The notes under the pieces: model-generated
Database searches by the model: none
Seen by the model: the letters and a program-made list of their open reading frames with translations, nothing else
What the model was told of the DNA's origin: nothing
Position numbers and translations under genes: made by a program
Shown here: positions 47,881 through 57,850 of the stretch, piece by piece
How the letters are laid out: every line of letters starts with the position of its first letter
How positions within the stretch are numbered: position 1 is the first letter of the stretch
Source of the DNA: a virus
Taxonomy: Duplodnaviria > Caudoviricetes
Length of the DNA: 64,000 bases
IMG/VR virus record: IMGVR_UViG_2645727892_000011
Location: 2,667-66,666 of that record
Direction: 5' to 3' (one strand)

Positions 47881-48755
47881 GTTATCCGCTCATCAATGGC
47901 GCTTCCATCAATAGCTCAGGAGGCTCGTCCGAAGCACCGCTGGTACCTACGCGCGGCATTCCCATGGCGCTCAGCGGCACGCAAACCGCTGTACGGGTGT
48001 TGCTGGCGCCATCGGCCGACGCGCTGGCTCTGGGCGGGCACAGGATTCAGCAGCCAATTCGCCCGCCTTCGCTGGCACTGGCGCAGGCCGGCGTGCCCAC
48101 GGCCAAGTTCCAGGCCACGCTGTACCCGGCGCCATTGCAAATGGCCGTTGAAGGGCAGGCCCACTTGGTGTTGACGGTCTTCCCCGAGCCTGCCGACGCG
48201 CTGGCGCTGGGCGCGGCCAAGGTCAAGACCGGCACCGATGTGGAGCTCAAGCCCTGGGGCCTGGGCATGTGCGTGACTGGTCAGGCGACTGTGACTCAGA
48301 CTCAGCCACAGCCTTCGGTGACCTACCAGGTGCCGGCGGCGCGCGCGATGCGCTATGGCGCGGCGGCTATCGAATTGCCGTCCATCGTGCTCAGGCCGCA
48401 GGGCTCGGATGCATTGCGCATGGGCAGCGCGCGGATGGTGCAGGTAGCCAAGGCTGCACCCAGCCAAGCCATGGCCTTGGGCCAGCCGCGCACGGTACAG
48501 GTCGTCAAGCCACTGGCTGCACAGGCCTTGACTCTGGGGCGGCCAGGCATCCACACCGGCCTGCGGCCGGCAGGCATCCCTCTGGCCGTGGGTGGCGTGC
48601 CTTCCGTCAGGCTGGCGCAAATGGTGGTGCAGGTTGAGTCGGCAGATGCCCTGCACCTTGGCCATCACGGCCCGCTGGCCTACGCCTTCCATGTTCGCCA
48701 GAGCTTTGCCCTGGAGCTGGGGCGCCCGACCGTTGCAAGGACGAATCAATGCTGA
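47877..48755 (+). CDS. Tail-module protein with beta repeats
   Basis: INGASIN N-terminus; repeated (AD)ALxLG units. Confidence 0.65.
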   Translation: MSYPLINGASINSSGGSSEAPLVPTRGIPMALSGTQTAVRVLLAPSADALALGGHRIQQPIRPPSLALAQAGVPTAKFQATLYPAPLQMAVEGQAHLVLTVFPEPADALALGAAKVKTGTDVELKPWGLGMCVTGQATVTQTQPQPSVTYQVPAARAMRYGAAAIELPSIVLRPQGSDALRMGSARMVQVAKAAPSQAMALGQPRTVQVVKPLAAQALTLGRPGIHTGLRPAGIPLAVGGVPSVRLAQMVVQVESADALHLGHHGPLAYAFHVRQSFALELGRPTVARTNQC

Positions 48756-49918
48756 CCTTCAAGAGCTTTACCGGTATCAACAATGTGCAGCCCGAGCATC
48801 GTCTGAAAGCCTCTGACTTGCTGGCCGCCAAGGATGTGGACATTGGCCTGGATGGCGAGGTATCGCGCCGCGGTGGCTACCAGCGGCTGTCCGAGGTCTG
48901 TCATAAGAACCTCTGGCAGGCTGCCGGTTTTCAGCTGGCGACGACCGAGGGGGCACTGGTTTCGATTGCTGCGGGCGGAGTTACCACGGTGCTATGGCCC
49001 AATATTGGCCCCGAGCGCGTCTGGTACTGCAATCTGCCTGACGGTCGCACGCTGTTTTCGACGGGGCTGCAGCGCGGCATCACGGATGGGGTCACGGCCC
49101 ACATGCTCACGGTGCCGGAGCCGGCATCGCTTGGCGCGCTGGATTTTGCCTTTGGCGAGCTGGAGCAAGGCCAGTACCGCTATGGCGTGAGCCATGTGCG
49201 CCTGAGCGACCGTGCCGAGGGGCCGGTGCGGGTGTCCGAGCCGGTGTCGGTACTGCAAGGCGGCCTGCGCCTGGATGGGCTGCCGCAGCTGCCGGGCCAT
49301 GCCCTCAATGTCTACCTGAGTGGGCGCGATGGCGAGGGCATGTTCTTTGCCGGTACCACGGTGGAGCGCAGCTTTGAATTCGGCGGGCGCAATAGTGCGC
49401 TGGTGCTGCCGGCCCGCACGCTGGGAGCCCAGGTGCTGCCCGATGGCACGCTGATGGCGTTCTGGCGCGGCCGTGTGCTGGTGGCCCAGGGCAAGGTGCT
49501 GTGGGCCAGCCGGCCCGCCGTGCCGCATCTGAGCGACTGGCGCGACTTCAAGCCCATGACGGGAGAGATTACGGCCCTCGTGCCGGTGGATACGGGCATT
49601 TATGTGGGCACGACCCAGGATCTGATTTTTCTGGGTGGGGAAACCTTCGACAGCCTGGTCTATACGGCGACTATGCGCGGCCCGGTGGTGTTGGGATCGG
49701 GCATCGAGGCGCCAGGCCATCGGCTGGCGCTGGGCGACGGCACCGGGGCGGGCGCGGCCATGCTGTGCATTGCCGGCGGCGAGGTGGTGGCCGGCTTTGA
49801 TGGCGGGCAGACCACCAGCCTGACGGTCAACCGGTTCAAGACGGCAGCCAAGGAGGTAAGCGCGGCCTTCCGCGAGGTGAATGGCATTCCCCAGTACATG
49901 GCGGTACCGCATGGCTGA
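48749..49918 (+). CDS. Tail nozzle/stabilisation-like protein
   Basis: F.GINNV....RL....L..A.DVDI..DG...RR.G; beta-propeller-like composition. Confidence 0.7.
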   Translation: MLTFKSFTGINNVQPEHRLKASDLLAAKDVDIGLDGEVSRRGGYQRLSEVCHKNLWQAAGFQLATTEGALVSIAAGGVTTVLWPNIGPERVWYCNLPDGRTLFSTGLQRGITDGVTAHMLTVPEPASLGALDFAFGELEQGQYRYGVSHVRLSDRAEGPVRVSEPVSVLQGGLRLDGLPQLPGHALNVYLSGRDGEGMFFAGTTVERSFEFGGRNSALVLPARTLGAQVLPDGTLMAFWRGRVLVAQGKVLWASRPAVPHLSDWRDFKPMTGEITALVPVDTGIYVGTTQDLIFLGGETFDSLVYTATMRGPVVLGSGIEAPGHRLALGDGTGAGAAMLCIAGGEVVAGFDGGQTTSLTVNRFKTAAKEVSAAFREVNGIPQYMAVPHG

Positions 49919-52178
49919 GTTGTTCAATCCCTTCAATCGCCGGGTGACGGGCGAGGCCTTCAACGGGCTGGCGCCGGTGCAGCTGCGGGTGGAGGAGGGC
50001 AGTGCTTCGCGCGACCAGGTGAGGGCGGTGCAGGATGCTTTCGCGCGCTTTGCGCGGCGTGCAACGTTTTCCCATGTGCCCAACCCCACGGAAAGCGGGG
50101 TGCTGGGCGACGGCAGCCCCTACCGCATCACGGCGGTGGGCAATACCACCATCGTGCAGCTGTGGCCTGAGCAGCCCGATCTGGAAAGCGGGGATCGAGG
50201 CGTTCTGGTTCGCACTGAGGCGCAGCTGTACCTGGTTGGCTATCACGCAGGTCGCTGGCGCTATCGCAAGGTGAACCGGGCATTTGGCGGCACGGGGGCC
50301 TGGATCTCCAGCCGCAGCGCGCGCTATTTCACGGACGCGACGAACCGAGGGGACGGCATTGAAGAAATGCCCAATCGCAAGCACCGACTGCGCGATTCCG
50401 TGCTGCCACAGCCCAGAAGCGCGAGCAGCATTGCCCTGGGTATGGCCTACGGTGATGCCAATGGCGGCCTGGGCTTTATCGGTGTCCATGGTACCTATGT
50501 CCAGGCGAAACTAGACAAGCAGAGCGTGAGTGTGGCCGAGGCGCCGCTGGTGTCCGATGCGTCTTTTATCATCAGCCCGAATGACGTGTTTGCCGTGCCC
50601 GAAGTGGTTGCGACCTTTGCGCCCGTGCTCCCTGCCGACTCCGTGATTGCCGATGTGAACGGGGTAGCGCGCGAGAGCCGGCTGCGCGGCGGTACCGGCG
50701 TGAGTGTGGGCGTGGTGACTCCCAATCAAAGCATAGGCCTGAATGAATTGCCGACCCTGGCGCAGCGCAAGTGGATTGCCGAGCAGGCTCTTACCCACGA
50801 GCTCAAGCTGCGCGTCAATGACGCAGGCGGCTATGAGCTTGAAACAGTGCCCGTGGGCTCGGCCAGCATGACGGTCGTCATACCGGCTGGCGCGAGCTTT
50901 CCGCCCACCGCGCCCCAATGGCAGCAGACTTCGCAAGGCTCGATGAGGTCGAGTCAATCCGGCGTGTTCGTGATGCCGTTCCGCGAGGGCGGCATCGCTC
51001 CGGCGCAGGTGAATTTCACGAGGCAGGTGGCCTGGGATTGGGTCTATCAGTATGAGTTCACCCGCAGCGCGCCGGTGCTGTTGGGCTATGGCTGGAATGA
51101 TGACCGGCAAGTCTTTAGCCTGCAGTCGCAGGACAGCCAGCATGTGGCGGTGCGCCTGGATCGCCCGGAGGCAGACACGCAGGCATTGGCGCGGGCAGAC
51201 GGCATATATTTCTACCGCTATATCAACGTCGAGAACATCGAAGATCCGCCAGAAGGCGGCCGCGTCAGCCTCTTGTTTCAGCTACCCGAGGGTGAAGCTG
51301 GTGCCGCTGTATTGCAGGAGTGGCGTGACTTTATTGCCAGTGGGGCGATCAGCCAGGCGGCGGTCAAGACGCGCAGCGGCCAGCTGGTTTCCAAGAAGCA
51401 GTTGCAGACGCCCTGGGGCTCGATAGCCCTTCTGGATGTCAATGTGCAGGTTGTCACTGAGTACCGCTATGAAGTGCGAAACAACAACGAGTTGTTGCAG
51501 CCGGAGCTGTTTACGATCCGTGCCGTCGAAGGCATCGCGGCGCGCAGGCAGTTGCTCTATATCGACCCCTTGCTGGAATTCGTGGCCTATCTGGAGGTGG
51601 TGACACAGGCCTTTGTGCCTGCTGGTTTCAATGACGCGAGCACGGTCACGACCAGCGGCACCAAGACGGCCGTGGTGTTTGAGCGTAAGGGGCAGGTGTT
51701 CTTTCGCCAGGCGCTGGCCGGCGTTGCCGAAGCATCGGTGACCGGCGGCAAAGGCTCTTGGCTGGCTACCCAGGATCTGGAGCGGTCCGTGCCGCCCGAA
51801 TACCAGTCCATGTCCGAGAAAGGGCAGCTTCCGGCGACGGGCCCCGAAGGCGAGCAGCTGATTGTGGGCTGCGATGTGCCTTATTACGTGCCCTCCTACG
51901 ACGCGCCGCTGGAAGTCGTGACCACTGGCGCCACGCTCACTCCCCAGAACTACCCCATCCCCTGGCCCAGTTTGGAGGCCCTGCCATCGCTGGCGGTGCG
52001 CGCCGCCATCGATCCGGGGAGCTGGCAGGGCAGCAGTGCCGCCGGCGTTGTGGAGCTTCTGCAGGAGGACAAAGTGATTGCGGCCTGGGCACTTCCGCCC
52101 CGGGGCTCGCCCGTTCCGCTGGCGTCCATCGCCCCCATCAACCCGGCCCAGATGACCGGATTCATAGCTTCTGCCTAG
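49911..52178 (+). CDS. Large tail-module protein (possible receptor-binding protein)
   Basis: 755-aa beta-rich ORF in the tail operon. Confidence 0.65.
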   Translation: MAELFNPFNRRVTGEAFNGLAPVQLRVEEGSASRDQVRAVQDAFARFARRATFSHVPNPTESGVLGDGSPYRITAVGNTTIVQLWPEQPDLESGDRGVLVRTEAQLYLVGYHAGRWRYRKVNRAFGGTGAWISSRSARYFTDATNRGDGIEEMPNRKHRLRDSVLPQPRSASSIALGMAYGDANGGLGFIGVHGTYVQAKLDKQSVSVAEAPLVSDASFIISPNDVFAVPEVVATFAPVLPADSVIADVNGVARESRLRGGTGVSVGVVTPNQSIGLNELPTLAQRKWIAEQALTHELKLRVNDAGGYELETVPVGSASMTVVIPAGASFPPTAPQWQQTSQGSMRSSQSGVFVMPFREGGIAPAQVNFTRQVAWDWVYQYEFTRSAPVLLGYGWNDDRQVFSLQSQDSQHVAVRLDRPEADTQALARADGIYFYRYINVENIEDPPEGGRVSLLFQLPEGEAGAAVLQEWRDFIASGAISQAAVKTRSGQLVSKKQLQTPWGSIALLDVNVQVVTEYRYEVRNNNELLQPELFTIRAVEGIAARRQLLYIDPLLEFVAYLEVVTQAFVPAGFNDASTVTTSGTKTAVVFERKGQVFFRQALAGVAEASVTGGKGSWLATQDLERSVPPEYQSMSEKGQLPATGPEGEQLIVGCDVPYYVPSYDAPLEVVTTGATLTPQNYPIPWPSLEALPSLAVRAAIDPGSWQGSSAAGVVELLQEDKVIAAWALPPRGSPVPLASIAPINPAQMTGFIASA

Positions 52179-52182
52179 ACCC

Positions 52183-52620
52183 ATGAACACCATTGTTTGC
52201 AACACCTTGAGCGGCGCCGTCACTGAGTACACGCGCCATGATTTTGATAGCGTCACGGCCACGCACTGTGCAGGTGTGGATGGTCTTTTTGCCTTTGGCG
52301 GCGATAACGATGCAGGCCTGCCGATCACGACCGAGCTGCGCCTGCCAGCCACGCTGCGCGAGAACACCCTCAAGCAGCAGATTGCCATGGTCTATCTGTC
52401 CATGCGCGGGCAGGGCGAAGCCCGGTTTACGGTGTTCGGGCCTGGCCAGAGCTGGAGTTACCCGTTTCCCCTGCGCGAGAGCGACCAGACGCGCTGCCCG
52501 GTGGGCAAGGGCATCCGCGAGAACTATCTGGGCTTCGGCCTGAGCACCCCAGACGGCCAGGCCTTCACGCTGGACCGCGTGGAGGTGATGAGCGTGAAGT
52601 CCAAAACACGGAGAGTTTGA
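52183..52620 (+). CDS. Tail-module protein
   Basis: NT..GAVTEY....F.S; R..VGKG.R..Y..F. Confidence 0.65.
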   Translation: MNTIVCNTLSGAVTEYTRHDFDSVTATHCAGVDGLFAFGGDNDAGLPITTELRLPATLRENTLKQQIAMVYLSMRGQGEARFTVFGPGQSWSYPFPLRESDQTRCPVGKGIRENYLGFGLSTPDGQAFTLDRVEVMSVKSKTRRV

Positions 52621-52621
52621 G

Positions 52622-54442
52622 ATGGCAGAGTTTGATTTCAACGGCCCGGCCGAGATTGTTCAGGATAAGTACCAGCGCTCGATTGCACTGGCCGACCAGG
52701 CCTTGCGCGAGTCCAAGTCCATGCAGGACGCATTCAACAACCTGGTGCTGCCGACCCCCACCATCAGCGTGCGCTGGGGCACGATTGCGGCACCATCTTT
52801 GCCCGAAGTGCCGGACCTGCCCACGCTGCCGCAGGTGGGCTTTGCGGTGCCGGGCGATATGCCTGGCCAGCTGGATCTGGCCAGCCTGCCCGATGTGGAG
52901 GTGCCCGGCTTTGAGCTGCAGCCACCGGCCATGGACTTTGGCGCCGCGCCTGAGCTGGTGATCGGCCAGGCCCCGGCTTTGCCCCAGATGCGCGAGGTGG
53001 CGATTCCCGATGCCCCCGATGTGAGCCTGCCGGACGCGCCGGCGTTTCTGGCGCTGACCACGCATAACTTTGGCGGCGTGAATCTGCACGAGGACTGGCT
53101 GGCCAAGCTGGACGACATGCCCGAGCTGCAACTGCTGGAGCCCGCGCCCTTTGAGTTCAAGCGCGCGCCGGGCTATGCATCGGCCTTGCTCGATAACCTC
53201 AAAGCCGTGATTGCGGCCCGCATTCAGGGCGGTACCGGGCTGAAGCCCGAAGCAGAGCAGGCTATCTGGGATCGATCGCGCGACCGCGAAACCCAGGTGG
53301 CACTGGCGCGTGAGCAGGAAGTGATGCGCTCGGCCGAGGTGCTGGGATTTCCGCTGCCGTCCGGGGTGCTGGTCGGCCAGCTGGCCGATGCCCGCCGTGA
53401 GTTCCACGACAAGCTATCGGGTCTGTCGCGCGACATTGCCATCAAACAGGCCGAGATGGAGCAGAGCAACGTCAAGGACGCGATTACACAGGGGCTGGCG
53501 CTGGAAGGGCAGTTGATGGACCAGGCCATGCAGCTCGATCGCCTATCGTTTGAGGCGGCCAAGGCGACGGCAGACCATGGCATTGCGACCCATAACGCGG
53601 CGCTCGAGCGCTTCAAGGCGCTGCTGGACGGCTACCGCGCCTATGCCATGGCCTATGAGACTGTTATCAAGGCCGAGATGAACAAGGTGGAGGTCTACAA
53701 GGCCATGCTGCAGGCCGAGCAGACCAAGGCCGAGATCAATCAGTCACTGGTGGCGCGCTACAAGGCCGAGATTGAGGGGCGCATGGCGGCCGTGGAGATC
53801 TACAAGACCCGCGTGCAGGCCGCCCAGACCCTGGTGAGCCTGGAGCAGACCCGCATCCAGGCCGGTGGCGAGGCAATCCGCGCCTTTGTGGCGACCATCA
53901 ATGCCGAGACTTCCAAGGTGGAGCTCTACAAGGCCCGCGCCCAGGGCGAGGCCATCAAGCAGGATGCCTACAAGTCCCAGGTGCAGGCCTACAGTGCCTT
54001 TGCCAGCGCCCAGGCCGAGCGCGCCCGGGTGGCGGTTGCCCAGACCCAGGCCAAGATTGCCGCCAAGGGTCTGGAGTGGGATGGCTGGAAGGCGCGCCTG
54101 TCGGCCGAAGTAGCCAAGATGGACGCCGCGGCCAAGCAGTCGGCCATTCTGGTGGACGGCTACAAGGTGAGCGCCAATGCCATCGAGGCTACGGCCGCGA
54201 ACTATACGCGCCGCTGGGAGGCCGACATCAAGCAGTACGAGGCCGGCAGCAACATCAGCCTGCAGACAGCCAAGCTCAATGCCGATGTGGCGATCCAGAG
54301 CAATGCCGTGCGGCTGGAGGCGGCCAAGATTGGCCTCACGACCTCGGCTCAGCGCGTGGCCAGCGCCTGGAGCATGGTGTCTGCGTCGGCGGGTATCTCT
54401 GGCTCGTCCAGCTGGAGCTACAGCGGCTCATTGGATCAGTAA
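52622..54442 (+). CDS. Pro-rich plus long coiled-coil virion protein
   Basis: GTGL....EQAIW.R.RDRE...GFPLPSG; repeats of the type E.YKA. Confidence 0.7.
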   Translation: MAEFDFNGPAEIVQDKYQRSIALADQALRESKSMQDAFNNLVLPTPTISVRWGTIAAPSLPEVPDLPTLPQVGFAVPGDMPGQLDLASLPDVEVPGFELQPPAMDFGAAPELVIGQAPALPQMREVAIPDAPDVSLPDAPAFLALTTHNFGGVNLHEDWLAKLDDMPELQLLEPAPFEFKRAPGYASALLDNLKAVIAARIQGGTGLKPEAEQAIWDRSRDRETQVALAREQEVMRSAEVLGFPLPSGVLVGQLADARREFHDKLSGLSRDIAIKQAEMEQSNVKDAITQGLALEGQLMDQAMQLDRLSFEAAKATADHGIATHNAALERFKALLDGYRAYAMAYETVIKAEMNKVEVYKAMLQAEQTKAEINQSLVARYKAEIEGRMAAVEIYKTRVQAAQTLVSLEQTRIQAGGEAIRAFVATINAETSKVELYKARAQGEAIKQDAYKSQVQAYSAFASAQAERARVAVAQTQAKIAAKGLEWDGWKARLSAEVAKMDAAAKQSAILVDGYKVSANAIEATAANYTRRWEADIKQYEAGSNISLQTAKLNADVAIQSNAVRLEAAKIGLTTSAQRVASAWSMVSASAGISGSSSWSYSGSLDQ

Positions 54443-54445
54443 CGC

Positions 54446-54463
54446 ACCCCGCTAGGGTTCGAC
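54446..54463 (+). promoter_or_regulatory. Late-promoter motif copy 6
   Basis: ACCCCGCTAGGGTTCGAC-N18-CACACT-N7-ATG. Confidence 0.7.
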
Positions 54464-54494
54464 GGAGCAGGGGCGGTCACTCACACTGCCGCCC

Positions 54495-54857
54495 ATGCCT
54501 GCCCACAAAGTCAAACTTGAAATCGACCAGGGTGCTACGTTCGACAAGACATTCACTTGGAAGACGGGCACCAAGACCAATGCCGTTCCCGTGGATCTGA
54601 CCGGCTGCAAGGCGCGCGCCCAGATTCGTGAGGAACTGGAGAGCGATGCGGTGCTGCTGGAGCTGACCACGGAGAACCAGCGCATTGTGCTGGGCGGCCC
54701 CACCGGCGAGATCCGCCTTCTGGTCAATGCCACGGATACGGCCGCGCTTGGCTGGGCCTCGGGCGTCTACGACCTGGAAATTGAGTTCCCAGACGGCACA
54801 GTGGTGCGCCGCATGGCTGGCTCCGTGGTGGTTTCGCCGGAGGTGACTCGTGTCTGA
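54495..54857 (+). CDS. Virion structural protein
   Basis: I.QGATF...PVDLTG..AR.QIR...GVYDLE...G.V.VSPEVTR. Confidence 0.75.
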   Translation: MPAHKVKLEIDQGATFDKTFTWKTGTKTNAVPVDLTGCKARAQIREELESDAVLLELTTENQRIVLGGPTGEIRLLVNATDTAALGWASGVYDLEIEFPDGTVVRRMAGSVVVSPEVTRV

Positions 54858-55431
54858 TCTGCTGGAAATCCCGCAGGAGCAACTGCTGCAGGAGCAGGTG
54901 CAGACCGTGGTGCTGCTGGAGCCCCAAGGCTCTGACGACATTGTGGAGGTGCCTACCGAGCAGGTGTTGCTGGAGGCCGGCCAAGACAACACCCTGCTTG
55001 AGACTGAGCAGGAGTTGGTGCTGCTGACCGAGTGCCTGCAGGGCCCGCCTGGGCCTCCCGGTATCCCCGGGCCAACTGGTGGCCAAGTGCTACAGCGCTC
55101 TGCAGGCATGGACACCAGTGCGCTGCTGGTGGTCTACGAAGACCTGTTCGGGTCGGTGTGGCCGGCAGATCCCGATGCGGAAAGCGATGTGCTGGCTCTG
55201 CTGGGCGTGACGGTGAGCGCGGCCGTGGCCGGCCAGCCCATCAACGTGCAGCGCATGGGCCACATCGATGACGCGGCCTGGCAGCTGCAACCGGGCAAGC
55301 GCGTTTTTCTGGGCGGGCAGGGGAGGCTCACGCAGGAGCCCCCGCAGGCTGGCTATGACGTTCTGATCGGCATGGCCATCACCTCAACCCGCCTGCTTCT
55401 CAATATTCAAGACCCCATAGAACTGGAGTAA
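54850..55431 (+). CDS. Virion protein with a short collagen-like segment
   Basis: QGPPGPPGIPGP; G...W...PG..VFLG..G.LTQ.PP. Confidence 0.7.
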   Translation: MSDLLEIPQEQLLQEQVQTVVLLEPQGSDDIVEVPTEQVLLEAGQDNTLLETEQELVLLTECLQGPPGPPGIPGPTGGQVLQRSAGMDTSALLVVYEDLFGSVWPADPDAESDVLALLGVTVSAAVAGQPINVQRMGHIDDAAWQLQPGKRVFLGGQGRLTQEPPQAGYDVLIGMAITSTRLLLNIQDPIELE

Positions 55432-55434
55432 GCC

Positions 55435-55965
55435 ATGGCAACTCAGGCGACCCAAGGATTTTTAGCCCGCGTTTCGGGCAAGACCAAGCAGCTGTTTGGC
55501 CTGGCCGTATCGGCAGGCGCGGCGGATGCCGGCAAGCTGGTTGCGACCGACTCGGCGGGCAAGCTGGATATGAGCCTGATGCCCGTGGGCATTGGCGCCA
55601 ATACCATCATCGCGCTCGCCAGCGAGGCCATCGGCGCGGGCAAGTTCGTCAACTTCTATAGCAATGAAGGCGCCATGAATGTGCGTCTAGCCGACAACAG
55701 CAACGGCCGCCAGGCGGACGGCTATGTGAAGGATGCGGTTGCCAATGCTGCATCGGCCACGGTCTACCCACTAGACACCACCAACACGGCCCTGGCAGGG
55801 CTTACGCCTGGTGGGCGCTACTGGCTGGGCACGGCGGGCGGCGTGATCGCAGCCGCGCTCGATGCGACGGATGTAGACAACGCTGGCAAGGTTTGTCAGG
55901 AGCTGGGCGTGGCCAAGAGCGCTACAGAACTGGTGACGGACGACCTGGGCTTTGTGGTGCTCTGA
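55435..55965 (+). CDS. Virion structural protein
   Basis: SAGAADAGK; ASEAI.AG.FVN; GLTPG..Y.L; Q.LG.A.SAT. Confidence 0.7.
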   Translation: MATQATQGFLARVSGKTKQLFGLAVSAGAADAGKLVATDSAGKLDMSLMPVGIGANTIIALASEAIGAGKFVNFYSNEGAMNVRLADNSNGRQADGYVKDAVANAASATVYPLDTTNTALAGLTPGGRYWLGTAGGVIAAALDATDVDNAGKVCQELGVAKSATELVTDDLGFVVL

Positions 55966-56168
55966 TGGCTACGCGCCGCCCGCTTGTACGTATTGACGGA
56001 CGAATTCGACAGTTGCCTGCGGGCGATGTGCTGGCGGGTGGAGAGGTGCGACTTCCCGTGTTTCAGACGGATGTGGCGCTTGTATTGATTGACCTGAACG
56101 CCAGACCGGAAGGGGCCGCGCTTCCTGTGTATCAGTCCAACGGTGAAATTGTTGAGGTTCCTTTGTAA
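55965..56168 (+). CDS. Small protein sharing its N-terminus with the tail fibre
   Basis: RRPLV....RQLP.GD.L; TGATG overlap. Confidence 0.55.
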   Translation: MATRRPLVRIDGRIRQLPAGDVLAGGEVRLPVFQTDVALVLIDLNARPEGAALPVYQSNGEIVEVPL

Positions 56169-57097
56169 TGACTGAACGCCGCCCCCTCATACTTCGCGCG
56201 GATACTGCTCCCCCCAGGCTGCAAGAGCTTCCTGTGGGTGATCTATTGCCTACTGACACATTAGGCAATGCGCTCAAGGTGCTGCTTCAAGGGCTTGTGA
56301 CCGGCAATAACGCTGGCATTACGTCTACTGATACGGTGCTGCAAGCGCTTGGAAAGCTGCAAGCGCAAGCCAGTGCGAAGGTCGATAAAGACGGCGCGAA
56401 GGTTCTTAGCGATAACAACTTCACCAATGCAGAGCGCGTGAAGCTCGCAAATGTTGCCGAAAATGCCAGCGCAAACAGCAGCGATGCGTTTTTGCTAAAT
56501 CGGTCCAATCATTCCGGCCCCCTCAACTGGGCCTGGTCGACATATGGTGGTACGGCAAACACGATCACGCTGACGCCGGCATTTGCCCGGGAGGCCTATG
56601 CCACAGGGGATCAGTTCCGGTTTCGCGCAGCTGTAACCAATACCGGGGCCGCGACAATCAATGTCGGTGGTCTGGGGGTGAAATCTGCAGTGACGGTAAC
56701 CGGCGCAGCGCTTCCGGCTGGCTACATCCGCACCGATGTGGATACGGTTTGCGTGTATGACGGCACTCGATTTGTTGTACAGCGAGAGGCTGAGTTTGGG
56801 AGCAACGCAAATGGGACATTTGTGCGGCATGCCAATGGAGTTCTCGAGTGTCACTGCGCCAATCAAAATACGGTGGCCTCAAATGCATTTGGCTCAGTTT
56901 TTGGCTCCAATCCCGCAAATTTTATTTTTCCTGCTGTTTTTTCTGCAGCTCCGAAGCTTGTGCCCTTTTCCAACTCCTCTGGCGGGTGGGCAATCTCTGA
57001 CGCTGCAACGACAAACGCCGTAGCCATGTTTTCAATTAGCCCCCTGTCAGGAACGACAGTGCAGATTGGATGCTTGGCAAATGGGAAGTGGTACTAA
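56168..57097 (+). CDS. Tail fibre protein
   Basis: TD.VL.ALGKLQAQ, K.LSDNNFT..E..KL, NTG.ATIN..GLG, GSNANG.FVR..NG.LEC, G.W C-terminus. Confidence 0.8.
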   Translation: MTERRPLILRADTAPPRLQELPVGDLLPTDTLGNALKVLLQGLVTGNNAGITSTDTVLQALGKLQAQASAKVDKDGAKVLSDNNFTNAERVKLANVAENASANSSDAFLLNRSNHSGPLNWAWSTYGGTANTITLTPAFAREAYATGDQFRFRAAVTNTGAATINVGGLGVKSAVTVTGAALPAGYIRTDVDTVCVYDGTRFVVQREAEFGSNANGTFVRHANGVLECHCANQNTVASNAFGSVFGSNPANFIFPAVFSAAPKLVPFSNSSGGWAISDAATTNAVAMFSISPLSGTTVQIGCLANGKWY

Positions 57098-57390
57098 TGC
57101 TGCTATTAACTCTTTCCCCGCAGCGGCGGGATGACATGCTGCTGGTTGCGATTGCTGGCGATGTGCTGGCCATCAATGGCCAGCCGTTTGATTTCACGCC
57201 ACTCACTGAGGGGGCAACGCTGCCGCGAGCAGCCATCGACTCTCCTTGGATCGCAGGTGACGTGCAGCGCATTGACGGCGTTCTGCAGGTGTCCTTGCTA
57301 CTGCCTATCGCTGCGGATGCGAGTAATGCCGCCCGTTTCCCTCACCCCATCACCGTCACGCAAGACGGGCCTGTGGAGTTGCCCCAATGA
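57097..57390 (+). CDS. Tail-fibre-associated protein
   Basis: LSPQR.D...GD.L.ING..FDF..L.EGATLP..AI..PW. Confidence 0.7.
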   Translation: MLLLTLSPQRRDDMLLVAIAGDVLAINGQPFDFTPLTEGATLPRAAIDSPWIAGDVQRIDGVLQVSLLLPIAADASNAARFPHPITVTQDGPVELPQ

Positions 57391-57800
57391 CCAACATCGA
57401 CTGGACACAGTGCAAGGCCGCGCCCACGGCTGCAGAGCTGCTGCAGGCGGAAAGAGAGCGCCTGCACCGGCTCGTCAATGAGCAATATGCCCAGCGCATG
57501 AGTGCAGTGGCGCTGCCCTATCCGCAATACGAGCGCGAGTCCTGGCCCATACAGCTGCAGGAGGCTCAGAGTCTGGCTGCAGATCCTGCGGCCGCAACGC
57601 CCTGGATTGATGCCTGTGCTGCCCAGCGCGGCCTGGAGTGCCGAGAGCTGGCCCAGCGCATCCTGGCCAAGGATTCCGCTTACCGCTTTATTTCAGGGCA
57701 ACTCACAGGAGCGCGCCAGGCGCATGAGGACGCTATCGAGGCGCTGCAGGATCTTACGGATCTACGCCTCTATGACGTCACAACGCTTTGGCCACAGTAG
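57387..57800 (+). CDS. Tail fibre assembly chaperone
   Basis: YP..ERESW..Q..EA......A.TP.....A..RG....LA.RI. Confidence 0.7.
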   Translation: MTNIDWTQCKAAPTAAELLQAERERLHRLVNEQYAQRMSAVALPYPQYERESWPIQLQEAQSLAADPAAATPWIDACAAQRGLECRELAQRILAKDSAYRFISGQLTGARQAHEDAIEALQDLTDLRLYDVTTLWPQ

Positions 57801-57801
57801 C

Positions 57802-57819
57802 ACCCCTCTAGGGTTCGAC
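57802..57819 (+). promoter_or_regulatory. Late-promoter motif copy 7 (lysis cassette)
   Basis: ACCCCTCTAGGGTTCGAC-N18-AACACT-N7-ATG. Confidence 0.75.
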
Positions 57820-57850
57820 CGCTGAGCTAGTCCCCGGAACACTCCGGGGT

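Noticed and set aside
56168-57800. Diversity-generating retroelement or invertible fibre cassette
   Set aside because: No reverse transcriptase, TR/VR repeat pair or invertase visible in the window
19597-57819. The repeated CTAGGGTTCGAC motif read as CRISPR repeats or tRNA fragments
   Set aside because: Copies are dispersed, not an array; no cas genes; no cloverleaf; fixed spacing to a -10-like hexamer and ATG fits promoters
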